Source: a virus
Taxonomy: Duplodnaviria > Caudoviricetes
Length of the DNA: 64,000 bases
Strand: one strand, 5' to 3'
Virus record (IMG/VR): IMGVR_UViG_3300028833_000073
Location: 64,001-128,000 of that record
Shown: in pieces, positions 1 through 11,920 of the stretch
Layout: every line of letters starts with the position of its first letter
How positions within the stretch are numbered: position 1 is the first letter of the stretch
The notes under the pieces: model-generated
Database searches by the model: none
Told to the model about the DNA's origin: nothing
What the model saw: the letters and a program-made list of their open reading frames with translations, nothing else
Made by a program: the position numbers and the translations under genes

Positions 1-3000
1 TTACATTATCCATTACAGTTTTCTTATTTAGCTGACCATTAAGATCCATAAATTCTTTTTGAGTAAGATTAGTACCATGCTCCATATTAAAACGATCTAA
101 TTCAATTTTAGCTGCATCTCTCTTCTCTTTTAATCCTGCTCCAGTATATCCGATAACAGGACCAATAGTGTCCATAACAAGATCTATTACATCTCTACCA
201 TCTAGAATACCAAGAGTACATGTCTTAACAATTGCATTTGTAATAGCTGCCAATACAGTTTCTGTTTCCGTTATAGTAGATTGATCATTAATACCTAATA
301 CCAATCCTGGATTAGTCATACCATCATAAAATGCTTCTGCAAAGTCGTAAGCCATCAATGCTTGCCCTACATATGGGATAAGTTTACGTCCAATTGAGGC
401 AAATAGTCTTGCTCCACCTTTTTTCTCTATTGCTTTCGCCAATCCTTCAGCTAGTTTCTGGAATCCACTATTTAAAGAACTTGTCTTAAGCCCAGGAATA
501 TGACCTAGTACTTCTGCTGCCAAACTAGCAATCTTCTGTAATGGGGTCATAATGAAGTTAAAGATCTTATTAAATGCTCCTTCTGTACCTTGAGCTACTT
601 TAAATCCAGCTTTCTTATAAATAGATGCTCCTTCTTCTAGTACTTTACCCTGTACAAAACTTCCTTTAGAACCTGCGTCTAGCGCCATATCACCAAGCTT
701 GGCCATATTACCACTAATTCCACCTCTAATTAATTCAGCCGTATTACCGAATCCTCTAAGAGCTTCTAGTGGCATCTGCGCCATAGTCTTAGGAACAAAT
801 GATGCTACTTTATAACCTTTACCAAACTTAGTTGCTAAATCATCATCTACTGTATTCAATAATTGTTTACCAAATGCAGCCGCTTCTCCGACTTTAGAAA
901 CACCTTGTAATGCATAATCACCGACGTTTAATAATGCTCTTGTAGGAGCTGTATAGAAATTAACAACCTTTCCTGCTGCATTTCCTACTCCTTTAGCTAC
1001 ACCACCTACTGTTTCTCCAGCACTTCTAGCCATATTACTTGCTGCTTTAACCGCATCACTCTCTACTATTCTAGTACCAAAGTTCTTAGCACGCTGATAA
1101 TCTTGTGTTAAGGTATCTCTCATAATACCTAAGCTAGTACGTGACCTTTCTAATGATAACTTTCTTACTTCTTCCATTGCTTCTTTCTGAGTATATCCAT
1201 CTTGCATTAATCTTAGTACTTGATTATTCATTTCTTGTGGTGATAATCCATAAGTGTGTCCACCAAATAGGAAATTCTTAGTACTTGTTTTAGCTGCACT
1301 TGCTGCATCTGATAATTTACTACTAATTTTACCTCTAATGCCCATATCTTGATAACGTAGCTTCTTTAAGGTTTGCTCAATTTCTGCTTCACTATATTTT
1401 CCTGATTCTCTTAATACTCTTGCTCTTTCAGCTAGTTCTGCTTCAGATAAAGCAGTTCTCTCTGTTTTACCAAATATAGTATTTAATAACTTAGAATCAT
1501 CTCTATATTGATGCAATCCAGATTGTACCATTCCTTTTGCAGTAGCCGCTTGAGTTTTAATAGCTTCAGTAGCTTTACCTACACCTTCACTTACTTTTAT
1601 AGCTCCTCTACCAATAATACTTCTAGAATATGCCCTTTCAGCTTGTATAAATCTTCCTTCTAACATAGGATACTTATTGATTAGCTCTGCTTTTATAGCA
1701 GCATTCTTCGCTATTTCAGTTTGATTAGCTCCTAAAGCACCATGGTTTTGTTCCATTACATCTAAGATTTGTCTCATAGCTTTTTCATCTTTAGCTACGT
1801 TTCTAAGAGTTCCAAGTTTTTGTTCTTCTTGTAGTATACTCAACTGAGGACCAAGTCTTTGTTCAAGTATTTCTGTTAGTTTAGAATTTGCAGTAGCTTT
1901 ATTACCTTCGGCAAGCATAGTAGCTTTAATATTACCTTCAGCAGTAAGAGCATCAAATCCTTTATCCATTCTAGTAGAACCAGTTAATATTTCATATTGT
2001 CTAGCTAGTACATCCTGCGTAGATACTCCAAGCTTTTGTGCAATCTCTTTAACTTCAGCAGGATTTAAACCTTGTACTGTATCTTTGATCTTATATTTAT
2101 CTAAACCTTTCATAAAGCTTCGTTCATCTTCACTCATTATAGATGCTAATCTTTTATTTAAACTTCCATCTGTTCTCTCTATTCCGTTAGCATTAATAGC
2201 CCTATTCATTCTCCATCCAGCTAGTTTACTATCTACCCATTCTCCTGCTCTAACAATCTTATCTTGTCCTTGTTTAGTAGATCCATATGCTAATGCTGCA
2301 CGAGACCCTGCTTTAGCTGTTGCAGCGGCTCCTTCGGCTACTCTAGCACCTTTACCTCTAAATCCATCCCAGAAATCTCTTATTGCTTTAGTAATACCAG
2401 CACCAACTTTAGATATTTTATCATATAGCTTAGTAAAGAATGGTCCAATTATAGGAATCCTAGGAAATAGTCTAGCTAATTGGCTAGCAAAGTTCTTAAG
2501 CATATTAGGTATCTTTGGAATTTTAGGAATAACCTTCTTAAGGAGTGCAAGTAATCCACCCTTCATAAACCATGCGGCTAATCCTCCTAAGAGGCCCATT
2601 AGTTTATCAAACCAATCGTTCTTTTTCTTTTGTTCAGGTCCAGCTTTCTTAACATCTAATCTATTCTTCAATAGTTTATAAATCTCTTCAGAGTAGTATC
2701 CAGTATTGACGATAGAATCATGTTTCTCTTCTACTTTACCTTCAATTCGTTTAGTCTCTTTATTAGCAGGAATATTAGTACCACCTTGACCAGGTACATA
2801 CTTACCAATACCATACTCACTCATTACTTCTTTAAACTTATCTTTACCTTTATTAAGCATTCCTCTAATCTTATCTTTGTTATCTTTAATACTATCTAGC
2901 ATCTTAGCAATATAGGTTCTCTGCTCTGCTAGCTGCTCATTGATCTTTGTTCTATCACTATCTTTTTCATTCTTCTTCTTTTGACTATCCCTATCTTTAC

Positions 3001-6000
3001 CTTCTTGAGATGTAGTCTGTGCTGCTTTATTTCCGCCTTCAATTCCTCTAAGTTTAGTACCAGTAGAAGTAGTTCTTGTACCTGGTTCATTAACATTATT
3101 TGCAGGTGGAGCAACTTCTGGCTCTGGTTGTAGTGCTAGATTACCAACAGTACCTTCAGCGTATCTAGGCATATTCTTAAGATAATCATTTATATTTACT
3201 ACTTTCTCTCCCTTAGACAATACAGCTAAGTGATCTTTATTGATTACTCCAGTACCATAAGCATGAGTTGGAATCTCTCCTTCATTCTTAGCCTTCTCCA
3301 TTTCTTCTAGCTTATTGTATGCTGTCTCTACTTCTTCTTCAGATAGTTCTCCATTACGATATCTATCCATCCAATCATGACCAAGTTTATCTAGCTTATC
3401 GAGAATATCTCCACTTATATACCTTCTCTGTTCAGGTCTTCCTACTCTAGGATCAGGAACATTTCTACGTATCCATTTAACTCCAGTTCTACCAATATCA
3501 TTCAATCCTTCTCCGGTAGTAGCCATTCTATTCATAATGAAATTATAAGTGTGATCCATACGACGAGTCTTTATCTTACCATCTAGCTCTCCGCCACCTT
3601 CTCTATTCTTCTCCATTGTTTCTTGTCTAGCTATTTCTGATTCTAGTTTATTAGGATCTATTCTGAAATACTCTGGATTCATTAGCATTTGACCATAAGT
3701 ACCATCATCTATTAATCTCTGCATATGCTTAGCATCTAAGTACTTTTCATTTAATCCACTTATATCCATTATCTTCTTCATAGCTTCTGCATCTTTTAGC
3801 TTTACATTCTTAAATTCATTTAGATCTGTTAGCTTCAATCCTTGACTTGCTGCATTTACTAGATTCTGAACTTGATCAGCAGATAACTGGCCAAGACCTT
3901 TAAGATCTTTAGTCTGATATCCTGCTTCAGTAAAGAGCTTATATTGCTTAGAGAATAGATTCTTATCATCTTTCTTAAGAGCTTCATTAGATGCCCAAAG
4001 AACAAGATCGTTGAGATTATCTACCTTGAATCCTTTAGAACCCATCTGTAGAATCTTCTCTAGATCATTCATTCCTTGTTTTGTATCTAGATGCTGTAAT
4101 GACTCTTCAGAAATATCTAAGTTATCACCAAATACTGACTCTAATCTTCCTAGAATACTAGCTGAATTAGTCTTATGCTGTCTATCAATCTTATCCATCT
4201 CATCTTTGAATATCATTCTTCTCTTATATAGATCTGCTAATTGCTCTGGGGTTCTTCCACCACCTACAGTAATCTCTAATGTAGTCTTAATTTCATTCAA
4301 TGCTTCTACTAAGGTATTAGTCTGGTCTACAATGCTTCCTCTGATAGCATCTTCACCTTCACTAATCTTACCTTCTTTTCTCTCTTCTTCTACTTTTTCT
4401 CTTACACTAATCTCTTTCTCTACATTCTTTATCATCTTATTGAGGTTATCGCCTTCAGTAATATCATATCCAGTCATCTCTTTGATGGTTTCTACCATCT
4501 TACCTTTCTCATTAGCAAAATTGTTTCTAATATCTTCTGATTTAGCTAAGTCTAGAGCAACATCCTGGAATGTCTTAATAATCTCTTTACGCTTATCTGT
4601 AGAAACTTGTTGTCCTGCTGCTTGTGCATTATCTAGAACCTTATTAACCATTGCTATAGCTTCTTTATCTTTTCTTTCTCTAAAGAGTCTAGCAATCTTA
4701 TCTCTATCAAATTCTCCTGTAAGTCCCTTAGTACCAAACCAATGCCAATCTCCTGATTTAATTCTATCATCTACAGTTGCCCATAGATTTCTCATTGCTT
4801 GTCCTTGATCTCTCTTTAGTCCTTCATCACCATCTCTATAGAGTGTAAGTATCTTCTTAATATCATTAAGATTACCCTTGTTAGCAGTAGCTAGATTCTG
4901 ATCTAATTGTAGATATTGATTGTCTTCTATATTCATTCCTTTATCTTGTGCAAACTGTACTCTTTCTGCGGCAGACATGTAATCCGCATTACCCATCATT
5001 ATCTGTCTTCTTCTTAGAGCATCACCAACAGCACCTATCATCTTACTAGGAGCAGATAGTATAAACTTAGCTGGCTTAAGAGCTGTACTTATTAGCTTCT
5101 GTGAAATAGCAGTAAATGGCTTAAACAAATAGTCTTGTAGTGTCTTAGCTAATGGCTTACCAGTGATAACTTCAAACAATCTTCCAATAGCTTTACCTAC
5201 TCCAGAGAACATTCCTACTACACCTAGCTGTATTTGCTTAGCTATAGGAGTGAATGCTCCTTTGAGTGGTCCAAATACATCCTTCTTAACCCATTCAAAT
5301 AGATCATCTTTAACCTTCTTACCAAATTCTAACCATGGTTCTACTATACCTTCTCTTAAAGCACCTACGATACCACCATGTCTCTTACCATCTTTACCCA
5401 TAGGACCAAACATATGTGTCTGGAAAGCTTCTGTAGAGCCTAGCATACCTACAGCTCCACCCATCATAACATTACCTACTAAGCCAAAAGGTCCTAAGAA
5501 CATTCCAGCTATAGCAGATGCTGCCATATTAGGAGCTGCTTTCTTAAAGAAATCTCTAGTATCTTTATCTATAATGCCACCTATACGTTGTCCATCTTTA
5601 TTCTTCTCTCCATATAGCATAGTCTGGAAGTCTTCATTCTTCCTTAAGAATCCTAAACCAGAGCCAATCATTAAACCACCGAGAGGACCAAACGGAGTTA
5701 CTAAACCAGCAATAGTACCAATTAATCCCATAGTCTTCATAGAAGGTCCATAATGCTCTATAGCTTCTATAGTCTGCTTATCAAAGAATCCACCTTGTCT
5801 TTCTCCTTCTGCATTCTTTTCACCAAATAGCTCTTTCATGAAGAATTCATTGTTCTTAATAATACCAATAGATGCTCCAGCTATAGCACCGAGTAATGGT
5901 CCACCTAAGAGAGTACCTCCTACAAGACCTACAACACTATGAGCAGCAACATCTGGAGTAGCATCTATTATAGTCTTCTTAGTCTCATCTATATACTTAT

Positions 6001-9000
6001 TGACTTCCTTGTTAGTGCCATCGCCAAACAATATTGTGGAAAATGCATCTATAAAACCACTCTTAATATTATTAACACCATCCAATGTAGTTCTAGTAAT
6101 TGTATTATCAGTAAAGAATTCTTTAGTAGCCTTTCCTCTAATCTTACTACCTAACTTATGTAAGTCATCTATAATTGGATCAAAGCCTTTTCTATTAGCA
6201 CTAATACTTCTATCTCCTACTTCAACACCAGCTTCAGTATTAGCTTCTATAGTATTATCTCTTATATCTTTAATGAAGTCTTTGATGAATACTACCTTAG
6301 ATTCCATAGTATCCTTCTTAGGCTTCTTACCAGTAACACTCTCTACTTGAGCCGCTAGTTCATCTACACTCTTATTAGTCTCTTCACTAAGTTTATCATT
6401 AGCCATAGTAGGTAATATTCTAATTACATTACCCATTACTTCTACTTCTTTATCTCCTATTCTTCTCTTCTTAGCATCTCCATAAACACCAGTACCTTTA
6501 GCATATCCTTTAATATTCTTAGGATTAATTGAATTAGCAATAGAGTTAGAAATCCTATCAATGAATGCTTGTTCTCCCTTAGCATCTTTAGCTTGTTCTT
6601 TAGGATCAAATGATCTAGGAATAACTATCTCACCCTTAGACAGAGCATAGATACCAGTCTTAGGTACTGTACCACCTTCTGCCATTCCAAATCCAGTAAT
6701 ACCTTCAGTCTCTATATTAATACCTTTAATAGCATCTATAACATCATCTAGCTTTTTAGATAAAGTATCTCTTAAATCAACAAAGAATCCTTTCTGCTGT
6801 TCAGTAGCAGTCCCAATAATATTCTCAAATGGAGGTCCTTCTACTTCATGAATGCCAAAAGATCTATTAAATTCAAGAGGTGTAATACCATCCTTAAACT
6901 TCTCATCATATAGCTTCTCTTGATTATAACCTTGGAGAATACTTTGACCAACTTGTACATTGTCTATGATAGCTTCTTTCTTCTTACTTTCCTCTGGAGT
7001 AAACTTGCCTTGCTCAAACTCTCTAGTTATCTTCTTTCTATGACGATTAATAGCATATCTAAGATTTTTAACGCTTGAAAGGTCTTCCAAAGTTGCCCTA
7101 TCATTAGATATAAACCTATCTCTTACATCTTTAATTATATCATCTCTAGTATTCTTATCCTCTATCTTAACTAGATCCTTTAGGAATTTATCAATGTGAG
7201 GCCTATAGCTATCGAATATGATATCCTTGTTCTCATATACAAACTCTGCTAATCCTTGATCTATATTAAATGAGAAATTACCCTTCTCAAAATTATTGGT
7301 TATTCTTTCCCAGGTATGTAGCTTACCAAGCATTTTATTCTGAGCTTGTTCTCCAATATAACGACTTTTTACTTTCTCTTCTGTCTTAGTTCCTTTACCT
7401 TTTTCTTTTTCTTCCTTGTCAACTCTTGCTTTTTCAGCAATAAGATCATATAAACCTTTCTTAAAGTCATTATATATTCCTTCTGGTAGAGCTTTATTAA
7501 GAGCATTAGTATAAATTTGTACCTTTGTTTTCATTGTGGCTAGTGCAGTATCTATAGCAGTTCTTTGTTCATCTGAAGTAGCAGATAGTCTTTCTTTTTC
7601 TAACTTATCTATTTCTCCTCGTAAGAATGTAATTTGATCAGAAAGTTTCTTCCTATCCTTATCAGATAATACAGGACCAGTAGCAAGAATCCTCTGATAC
7701 ATTTGTTCTCTATCTTCAATGCTTCCATATGAATCAATATTCTTCTTAAGCTCAGAGAACATCTTTCTATTTTCTTCATCAAGATTTCCATATCCTCTTG
7801 AAGTAAAATCTACTAAAGTATCAATCTCAATACCAGTAATATTGTATGCTTTACCTCGTTCAATAGACTCTCTTGTTAATCTAGAGCTTTCATTAATCTT
7901 ATCTCTTAACTCAGAAATTCTTTGTCCACCTTTTCCTTTATATTCTGGATTATATTTGAGATTAGTATATCCTTGCACATATCTACCCTTTGAATCTACT
8001 ATTGTTTTCTCATTAGCATACATTGTTTCTAATTGATTTATATAGTCACCATATCCAGATCTCTTAGATTGATCAGATAATACTAATTGACCTTTCTTCA
8101 TCTGCTCATATTTAGCTTTACGATTTTTCAGTTCTTGAGCACCTAGCATATCACCTTTAGCTTCAGCATCTTTAATTCTTTGATCCATTGATGCTAGCTG
8201 AGCAGTAATCTTTTCTTGTTCTGTCTTAGGTTTAGTCTCAGTTGTAGTAGTAGTTCCTTCAGGATGATATTCTCCTTCATGTGTAGCTTCATTAACTTTT
8301 CTACGTTCTTCTGCTAATGCTTCTTTAGCATCTTTAAAGAAATCTATACCCATCTCTTTTAGTCTATCTTTAATAGGACCAAAGAATTCCTTAGTACTAT
8401 CCTTGAAATTATCTATTATACCATCAATATCAATACCAATGTAGTTAAGTCCTTTCTTAATAGCATCCCAAGGACCTTCAACACCTAATTTATCTTTAAG
8501 GGGCTGGAAGAGATATTCATTAAGACCTTCATTGATCCTCTTAAATACATCATCCATCTCCCATTTCAGTCTACCGAAGAACCCTTCTACAGGTTTACCA
8601 TTCTTATCGACACGCTCTTCTTCTAAGAAGAAGAAGTCATATAATTTTTCATCTGCTTGCTCTAGTACTTTAGTGAGCATAGAAGTAGGTTTATCTGCCA
8701 ACTGTTCTAGACCAGTTTTAATAACACCAAACTTCTCACTTACAGTACCAGCTTTGATAAGAGTATCTAGGAAGCCATTCTTCTGAATATCTTCCCAAGT
8801 CTTTTCATTTCTCTTAATGAAGTCTTTCTTTTGTTCATCCCACCATTTACTGACTCCGGTCTTATCTTCTTCGTATCCTTGTTCAGCTTTCCTTTGTTCT
8901 TTTTGCCATTTCTCTAAATATATCTCGGCTGCTTTCTTGCGGTATTCTTCTTCATTCTCTGCGATTCTCATCAATTCATTAGAATCTGCAGATCCTCCAT

Positions 9001-11314
9001 ATCTCTCAAAGAGATATTTATGACGAATTTTACCTTTGCCTTCTTTAAAGGCTTTCTGTTCTTCTTCTATTTGCTTTTGATACCGCTCATTTCTCTTTCT
9101 TTCTTCTTCTTCAAATAATTTCTTAGGGTCTTCTTTTCTCTTGGACACAACCTCGCCAATTTGTTTTTCAATACCAGGAAGGCTACTAGCTGGGTCGCCA
9201 GGAGATGGTCCAGATGTTCCAACACCTCTAGAAATCCTACGCATTCGTTTACGTTTATCCATTATAGCTTGTTCTTCTCTAGATTTACCAAGTCCTACAC
9301 CATAGGTTCTAATAGCAATAATCTCTGCTAGAATCTCACTTAGATAATGGAAGGTATTATATCCCTTAGAGTCATAGATGTTAGAGATATCTAACTTATT
9401 CAGCATGCTCTCTGTGTTAGTAGTAACAGTACCATACTTCTTATGAATTCTCTCTATATAAGATCCATCAAATAGATTCATAAATGGAGTCATACCACGT
9501 TCTTGTAAATTCTGTATCTCTTGATCTAATTTAGTCTTATTAGAAAATACCTCGCCAGCAAGTCCCATTATTCTGCCTTTATTCTTACCAGGACCTTGTC
9601 CTGCTTGATATATAGCTTCTAGTATATCTTGTAAATCTCTACTACCATTATATCCACCAAAGCCCATATTCATAGCAGCTTCATCTATTATCTCTTGTGC
9701 TCTCTCTTTATCTCCTTGCTTAGGATTAACTGATGCTAACTTAGACATAGCAGATACTAAGTCTTGGAATTGACCTGGTTGTGCGAATACACCTTTACGG
9801 AATCTATCATAGTTTTCCCATCTCTCAAGCTCTTCTTCTCTATTGCCACGTTTAAACTCACTCATGTATTTAGTAACTATAGAATCTATATCTCTAAATG
9901 ATTGATCTACATATCTATCATATCTAGCATTCCATTGATCCTGTAAATCTTTAGTATTTACAAACTGACCTCTCTCATAGTCATAAGTACGATGGCTTCT
10001 ACCAGTCAAAGCATTCTCAATAGCAGCTAAGTACTCAGGAATAACCTTGACTAAAGCTTGTTTTGCCTCACCATCCCATGGGATGGCGCCTTTTTCATAT
10101 GCTGACGAATCTAAGCTGGATTTTACAGTATCTCTTACTCCTAACAACTTTCCTATCATGCCCATAGGAGACATTTCATCCTGACTGGCATACATATTCA
10201 TCTTTGCTAGGAAGGTACCAAAAACCCCACTCATTGTATTATCAAAGTTCTTAGCAGTCTCTTGAAGCTTAGGACCAATCATGGTACTCACTAGCATTGT
10301 CATAATTCCGCCTAGTGGATTCTGAGCAAACATCATGAGTGGGTTATCCATGCCCATAGCTTCACCCATGGAATTGATCATTCCTAATCCAAGATCATCT
10401 AGTACAGTCTTAAAGTTATTAGCGATATTCTGTCCATATTCTTCAAATCTAATCATACCTTCAGAAGTAGCTATATCTCCAAAGCGTAGTTTCTTCTTCT
10501 TATCCTTCTCTTCTTCTTCCTTATGATGTAGCTTATATTCATTACGATACATCTCTAATAGTTCTTTAAGCATAGCATTACGTTCAGAACCTAGCTTATC
10601 TTGTGATTCAAAGAATTTCTTAGCATTCTCAAAGTGAGTATTAACAGCTTCAGTACTAAACTTAAGCTGATTAGCCATAGTCTCATTAAGAGTAGAGAAA
10701 CCAGACTGAGTTACACTCATCAGTCTCTCACCCTGAGCATAAAGTAAATTAGCAGATATTCTATTGCTCTTCATTATAGCATCAGCAGAACCAATGATAG
10801 CATTACCAGTGGCTGCTGTTGATGCTTTGGATGATTCTTTAATGCTCTTAGATATAAGAGCATCACCTTCAGAGATACCAAAGTCTTCTTCACCATTCTC
10901 ATCAAGACCTAGCATCTTATCAATATCATCAGTAGATCCAGAGGATTCATCTCCTCCTAGATCAAATCCAAAGTCATCTCCTCCACCCATGTTATCCATG
11001 ATGGCATCTTCAGATGACTTGATTCTATTATGGTTATAGAATGTACCATGAGCTAAGTCATACTTAGCGTTAGATAAAGCAGCTTCTCCTGCTTGATATA
11101 TATTAGATTTAGTAATAGCATTCTTGATTCTATTTATAGTAGCTCTATAGTCTCTTACAGCAACATAAGCACTTTTAAATACTTCCTTGTTATCATCTAC
11201 AAATGAATGATATCCTGGCATCAAGTCTCCTGCAACATCATTAGATGCATAGACAGCAGACTTCATTAAATTCTTAGTATAGTTCTTTACTAGCGGCAAC
11301 GGGTTTACTCCCAT
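1..11314 (-). CDS. Giant tape-measure-like virion protein (>3,770 aa, 3' end outside the window)
   Basis: ATG at 11314 with RBS AGAAAGAGGTG and late-type promoter AACT-CCTTAT-TA upstream. N-terminus MGVNPLPLVKNYTKNLMKS; the same frame is open at the window edge (...QKEFMDLNGQLNKKTVMDNV), which explains its absence from the ORF track. Contains IPWDGEAKQALVKVIPEYLAAIE...YDYERGQF (recalled as resembling the phiKZ gp181-type N-terminus), YAxGT/AEGG motifs and Gly/Ala-rich hydrophobic stretches. Many antisense shadow ORFs on the + strand. Confidence 0.8.
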   Translation of the reverse strand, partial: MGVNPLPLVKNYTKNLMKSAVYASNDVAGDLMPGYHSFVDDNKEVFKSAYVAVRDYRATINRIKNAITKSNIYQAGEAALSNAKYDLAHGTFYNHNRIKSSEDAIMDNMGGGDDFGFDLGGDESSGSTDDIDKMLGLDENGEEDFGISEGDALISKSIKESSKASTAATGNAIIGSADAIMKSNRISANLLYAQGERLMSVTQSGFSTLNETMANQLKFSTEAVNTHFENAKKFFESQDKLGSERNAMLKELLEMYRNEYKLHHKEEEEKDKKKKLRFGDIATSEGMIRFEEYGQNIANNFKTVLDDLGLGMINSMGEAMGMDNPLMMFAQNPLGGIMTMLVSTMIGPKLQETAKNFDNTMSGVFGTFLAKMNMYASQDEMSPMGMIGKLLGVRDTVKSSLDSSAYEKGAIPWDGEAKQALVKVIPEYLAAIENALTGRSHRTYDYERGQFVNTKDLQDQWNARYDRYVDQSFRDIDSIVTKYMSEFKRGNREEELERWENYDRFRKGVFAQPGQFQDLVSAMSKLASVNPKQGDKERAQEIIDEAAMNMGFGGYNGSRDLQDILEAIYQAGQGPGKNKGRIMGLAGEVFSNKTKLDQEIQNLQERGMTPFMNLFDGSYIERIHKKYGTVTTNTESMLNKLDISNIYDSKGYNTFHYLSEILAEIIAIRTYGVGLGKSREEQAIMDKRKRMRRISRGVGTSGPSPGDPASSLPGIEKQIGEVVSKRKEDPKKLFEEEERKRNERYQKQIEEEQKAFKEGKGKIRHKYLFERYGGSADSNELMRIAENEEEYRKKAAEIYLEKWQKEQRKAEQGYEEDKTGVSKWWDEQKKDFIKRNEKTWEDIQKNGFLDTLIKAGTVSEKFGVIKTGLEQLADKPTSMLTKVLEQADEKLYDFFFLEEERVDKNGKPVEGFFGRLKWEMDDVFKRINEGLNEYLFQPLKDKLGVEGPWDAIKKGLNYIGIDIDGIIDNFKDSTKEFFGPIKDRLKEMGIDFFKDAKEALAEERRKVNEATHEGEYHPEGTTTTTETKPKTEQEKITAQLASMDQRIKDAEAKGDMLGAQELKNRKAKYEQMKKGQLVLSDQSKRSGYGDYINQLETMYANEKTIVDSKGRYVQGYTNLKYNPEYKGKGGQRISELRDKINESSRLTRESIERGKAYNITGIEIDTLVDFTSRGYGNLDEENRKMFSELKKNIDSYGSIEDREQMYQRILATGPVLSDKDRKKLSDQITFLRGEIDKLEKERLSATSDEQRTAIDTALATMKTKVQIYTNALNKALPEGIYNDFKKGLYDLIAEKARVDKEEKEKGKGTKTEEKVKSRYIGEQAQNKMLGKLHTWERITNNFEKGNFSFNIDQGLAEFVYENKDIIFDSYRPHIDKFLKDLVKIEDKNTRDDIIKDVRDRFISNDRATLEDLSSVKNLRYAINRHRKKITREFEQGKFTPEESKKKEAIIDNVQVGQSILQGYNQEKLYDEKFKDGITPLEFNRSFGIHEVEGPPFENIIGTATEQQKGFFVDLRDTLSKKLDDVIDAIKGINIETEGITGFGMAEGGTVPKTGIYALSKGEIVIPRSFDPKEQAKDAKGEQAFIDRISNSIANSINPKNIKGYAKGTGVYGDAKKRRIGDKEVEVMGNVIRILPTMANDKLSEETNKSVDELAAQVESVTGKKPKKDTMESKVVFIKDFIKDIRDNTIEANTEAGVEVGDRSISANRKGFDPIIDDLHKLGSKIRGKATKEFFTDNTITRTTLDGVNNIKSGFIDAFSTILFGDGTNKEVNKYIDETKKTIIDATPDVAAHSVVGLVGGTLLGGPLLGAIAGASIGIIKNNEFFMKELFGEKNAEGERQGGFFDKQTIEAIEHYGPSMKTMGLIGTIAGLVTPFGPLGGLMIGSGLGFLRKNEDFQTMLYGEKNKDGQRIGGIIDKDTRDFFKKAAPNMAASAIAGMFLGPFGLVGNVMMGGAVGMLGSTEAFQTHMFGPMGKDGKRHGGIVGALREGIVEPWLEFGKKVKDDLFEWVKKDVFGPLKGAFTPIAKQIQLGVVGMFSGVGKAIGRLFEVITGKPLAKTLQDYLFKPFTAISQKLISTALKPAKFILSAPSKMIGAVGDALRRRQIMMGNADYMSAAERVQFAQDKGMNIEDNQYLQLDQNLATANKGNLNDIKKILTLYRDGDEGLKRDQGQAMRNLWATVDDRIKSGDWHWFGTKGLTGEFDRDKIARLFRERKDKEAIAMVNKVLDNAQAAGQQVSTDKRKEIIKTFQDVALDLAKSEDIRNNFANEKGKMVETIKEMTGYDITEGDNLNKMIKNVEKEISVREKVEEERKEGKISEGEDAIRGSIVDQTNTLVEALNEIKTTLEITVGGGRTPEQLADLYKRRMIFKDEMDKIDRQHKTNSASILGRLESVFGDNLDISEESLQHLDTKQGMNDLEKILQMGSKGFKVDNLNDLVLWASNEALKKDDKNLFSKQYKLFTEAGYQTKDLKGLGQLSADQVQNLVNAASQGLKLTDLNEFKNVKLKDAEAMKKIMDISGLNEKYLDAKHMQRLIDDGTYGQMLMNPEYFRIDPNKLESEIARQETMEKNREGGGELDGKIKTRRMDHTYNFIMNRMATTGEGLNDIGRTGVKWIRRNVPDPRVGRPEQRRYISGDILDKLDKLGHDWMDRYRNGELSEEEVETAYNKLEEMEKAKNEGEIPTHAYGTGVINKDHLAVLSKGEKVVNINDYLKNMPRYAEGTVGNLALQPEPEVAPPANNVNEPGTRTTSTGTKLRGIEGGNKAAQTTSQEGKDRDSQKKKNEKDSDRTKINEQLAEQRTYIAKMLDSIKDNKDKIRGMLNKGKDKFKEVMSEYGIGKYVPGQGGTNIPANKETKRIEGKVEEKHDSIVNTGYYSEEIYKLLKNRLDVKKAGPEQKKKNDWFDKLMGLLGGLAAWFMKGGLLALLKKVIPKIPKIPNMLKNFASQLARLFPRIPIIGPFFTKLYDKISKVGAGITKAIRDFWDGFRGKGARVAEGAAATAKAGSRAALAYGSTKQGQDKIVRAGEWVDSKLAGWRMNRAINANGIERTDGSLNKRLASIMSEDERSFMKGLDKYKIKDTVQGLNPAEVKEIAQKLGVSTQDVLARQYEILTGSTRMDKGFDALTAEGNIKATMLAEGNKATANSKLTEILEQRLGPQLSILQEEQKLGTLRNVAKDEKAMRQILDVMEQNHGALGANQTEIAKNAAIKAELINKYPMLEGRFIQAERAYSRSIIGRGAIKVSEGVGKATEAIKTQAATAKGMVQSGLHQYRDDSKLLNTIFGKTERTALSEAELAERARVLRESGKYSEAEIEQTLKKLRYQDMGIRGKISSKLSDAASAAKTSTKNFLFGGHTYGLSPQEMNNQVLRLMQDGYTQKEAMEEVRKLSLERSRTSLGIMRDTLTQDYQRAKNFGTRIVESDAVKAASNMARSAGETVGGVAKGVGNAAGKVVNFYTAPTRALLNVGDYALQGVSKVGEAAAFGKQLLNTVDDDLATKFGKGYKVASFVPKTMAQMPLEALRGFGNTAELIRGGISGNMAKLGDMALDAGSKGSFVQGKVLEEGASIYKKAGFKVAQGTEGAFNKIFNFIMTPLQKIASLAAEVLGHIPGLKTSSLNSGFQKLAEGLAKAIEKKGGARLFASIGRKLIPYVGQALMAYDFAEAFYDGMTNPGLVLGINDQSTITETETVLAAITNAIVKTCTLGILDGRDVIDLVMDTIGPVIGYTGAGLKEKRDAAKIELDRFNMEHGTNLTQKEFMDLNGQLNKKTVMDNV

Positions 11315-11395
11315 GGTGTATTCACCTCTTTCTATTTGCCTTAATAAGGAGTTTGAGAGGATAAATTGGATGTGGTTTCCCACATCCTTCTAGTA

Positions 11396-11920
11396 TTAGT
11401 TATTATTAGTCCAAGCTAAGATTGCATTTTTATCTTCAAGAGCTTCCTCAAAAGTTTTAATGATATCTGTCTTATCTACTTCATATTTCTCTGCTAGTAG
11501 ATCAAAGCTACTACCAATAATTTCTTCTCTAGATACATTTCTAAATGTAATCCAAGAAGACTGTAATGCATGAGCTAAATAATCTTTAAAATGATCACTA
11601 TTGATTTCATATAACCCATTTATACTATCTATATCCATATGCTTACCAGTAATAGTAGGAATTAACTGAGATGAATTACTTCTTATCTTCTCATTAGTAG
11701 CTATATATGGTCTCATAAAATCATTGATTTGTTCTAGAGTGGTACCTCCCCCGATATCAATAATATCATCGCTCCAATCAGACCTAATACTATCAAAGTC
11801 TTTAGCATTAATAATAAAAGCAGATGATCTGTGTATGCTATCAATTCTCTTAATAATGCAAATATATTTGGGGGCATTCTTTAAAACCTCTTTTACTTTG
11901 ATTTCTAGTTCATTGTTCAT
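11396..11920 (-). CDS. Hypothetical protein
   Basis: 174-aa ORF with RBS AAGGAGGT and a downstream hairpin. Confidence 0.75.
   Translation of the reverse strand: MNNELEIKVKEVLKNAPKYICIIKRIDSIHRSSAFIINAKDFDSIRSDWSDDIIDIGGGTTLEQINDFMRPYIATNEKIRSNSSQLIPTITGKHMDIDSINGLYEINSDHFKDYLAHALQSSWITFRNVSREEIIGSSFDLLAEKYEVDKTDIIKTFEEALEDKNAILAWTNNN

Noticed and set aside
2085-11039. Plus-strand ORFs in the track (2085-2681, 4011-4808, 5163-5753 and others)
   Set aside because: Antisense shadows of the giant minus-strand ORF; Ser/Leu/Ile-rich and without RBSs.
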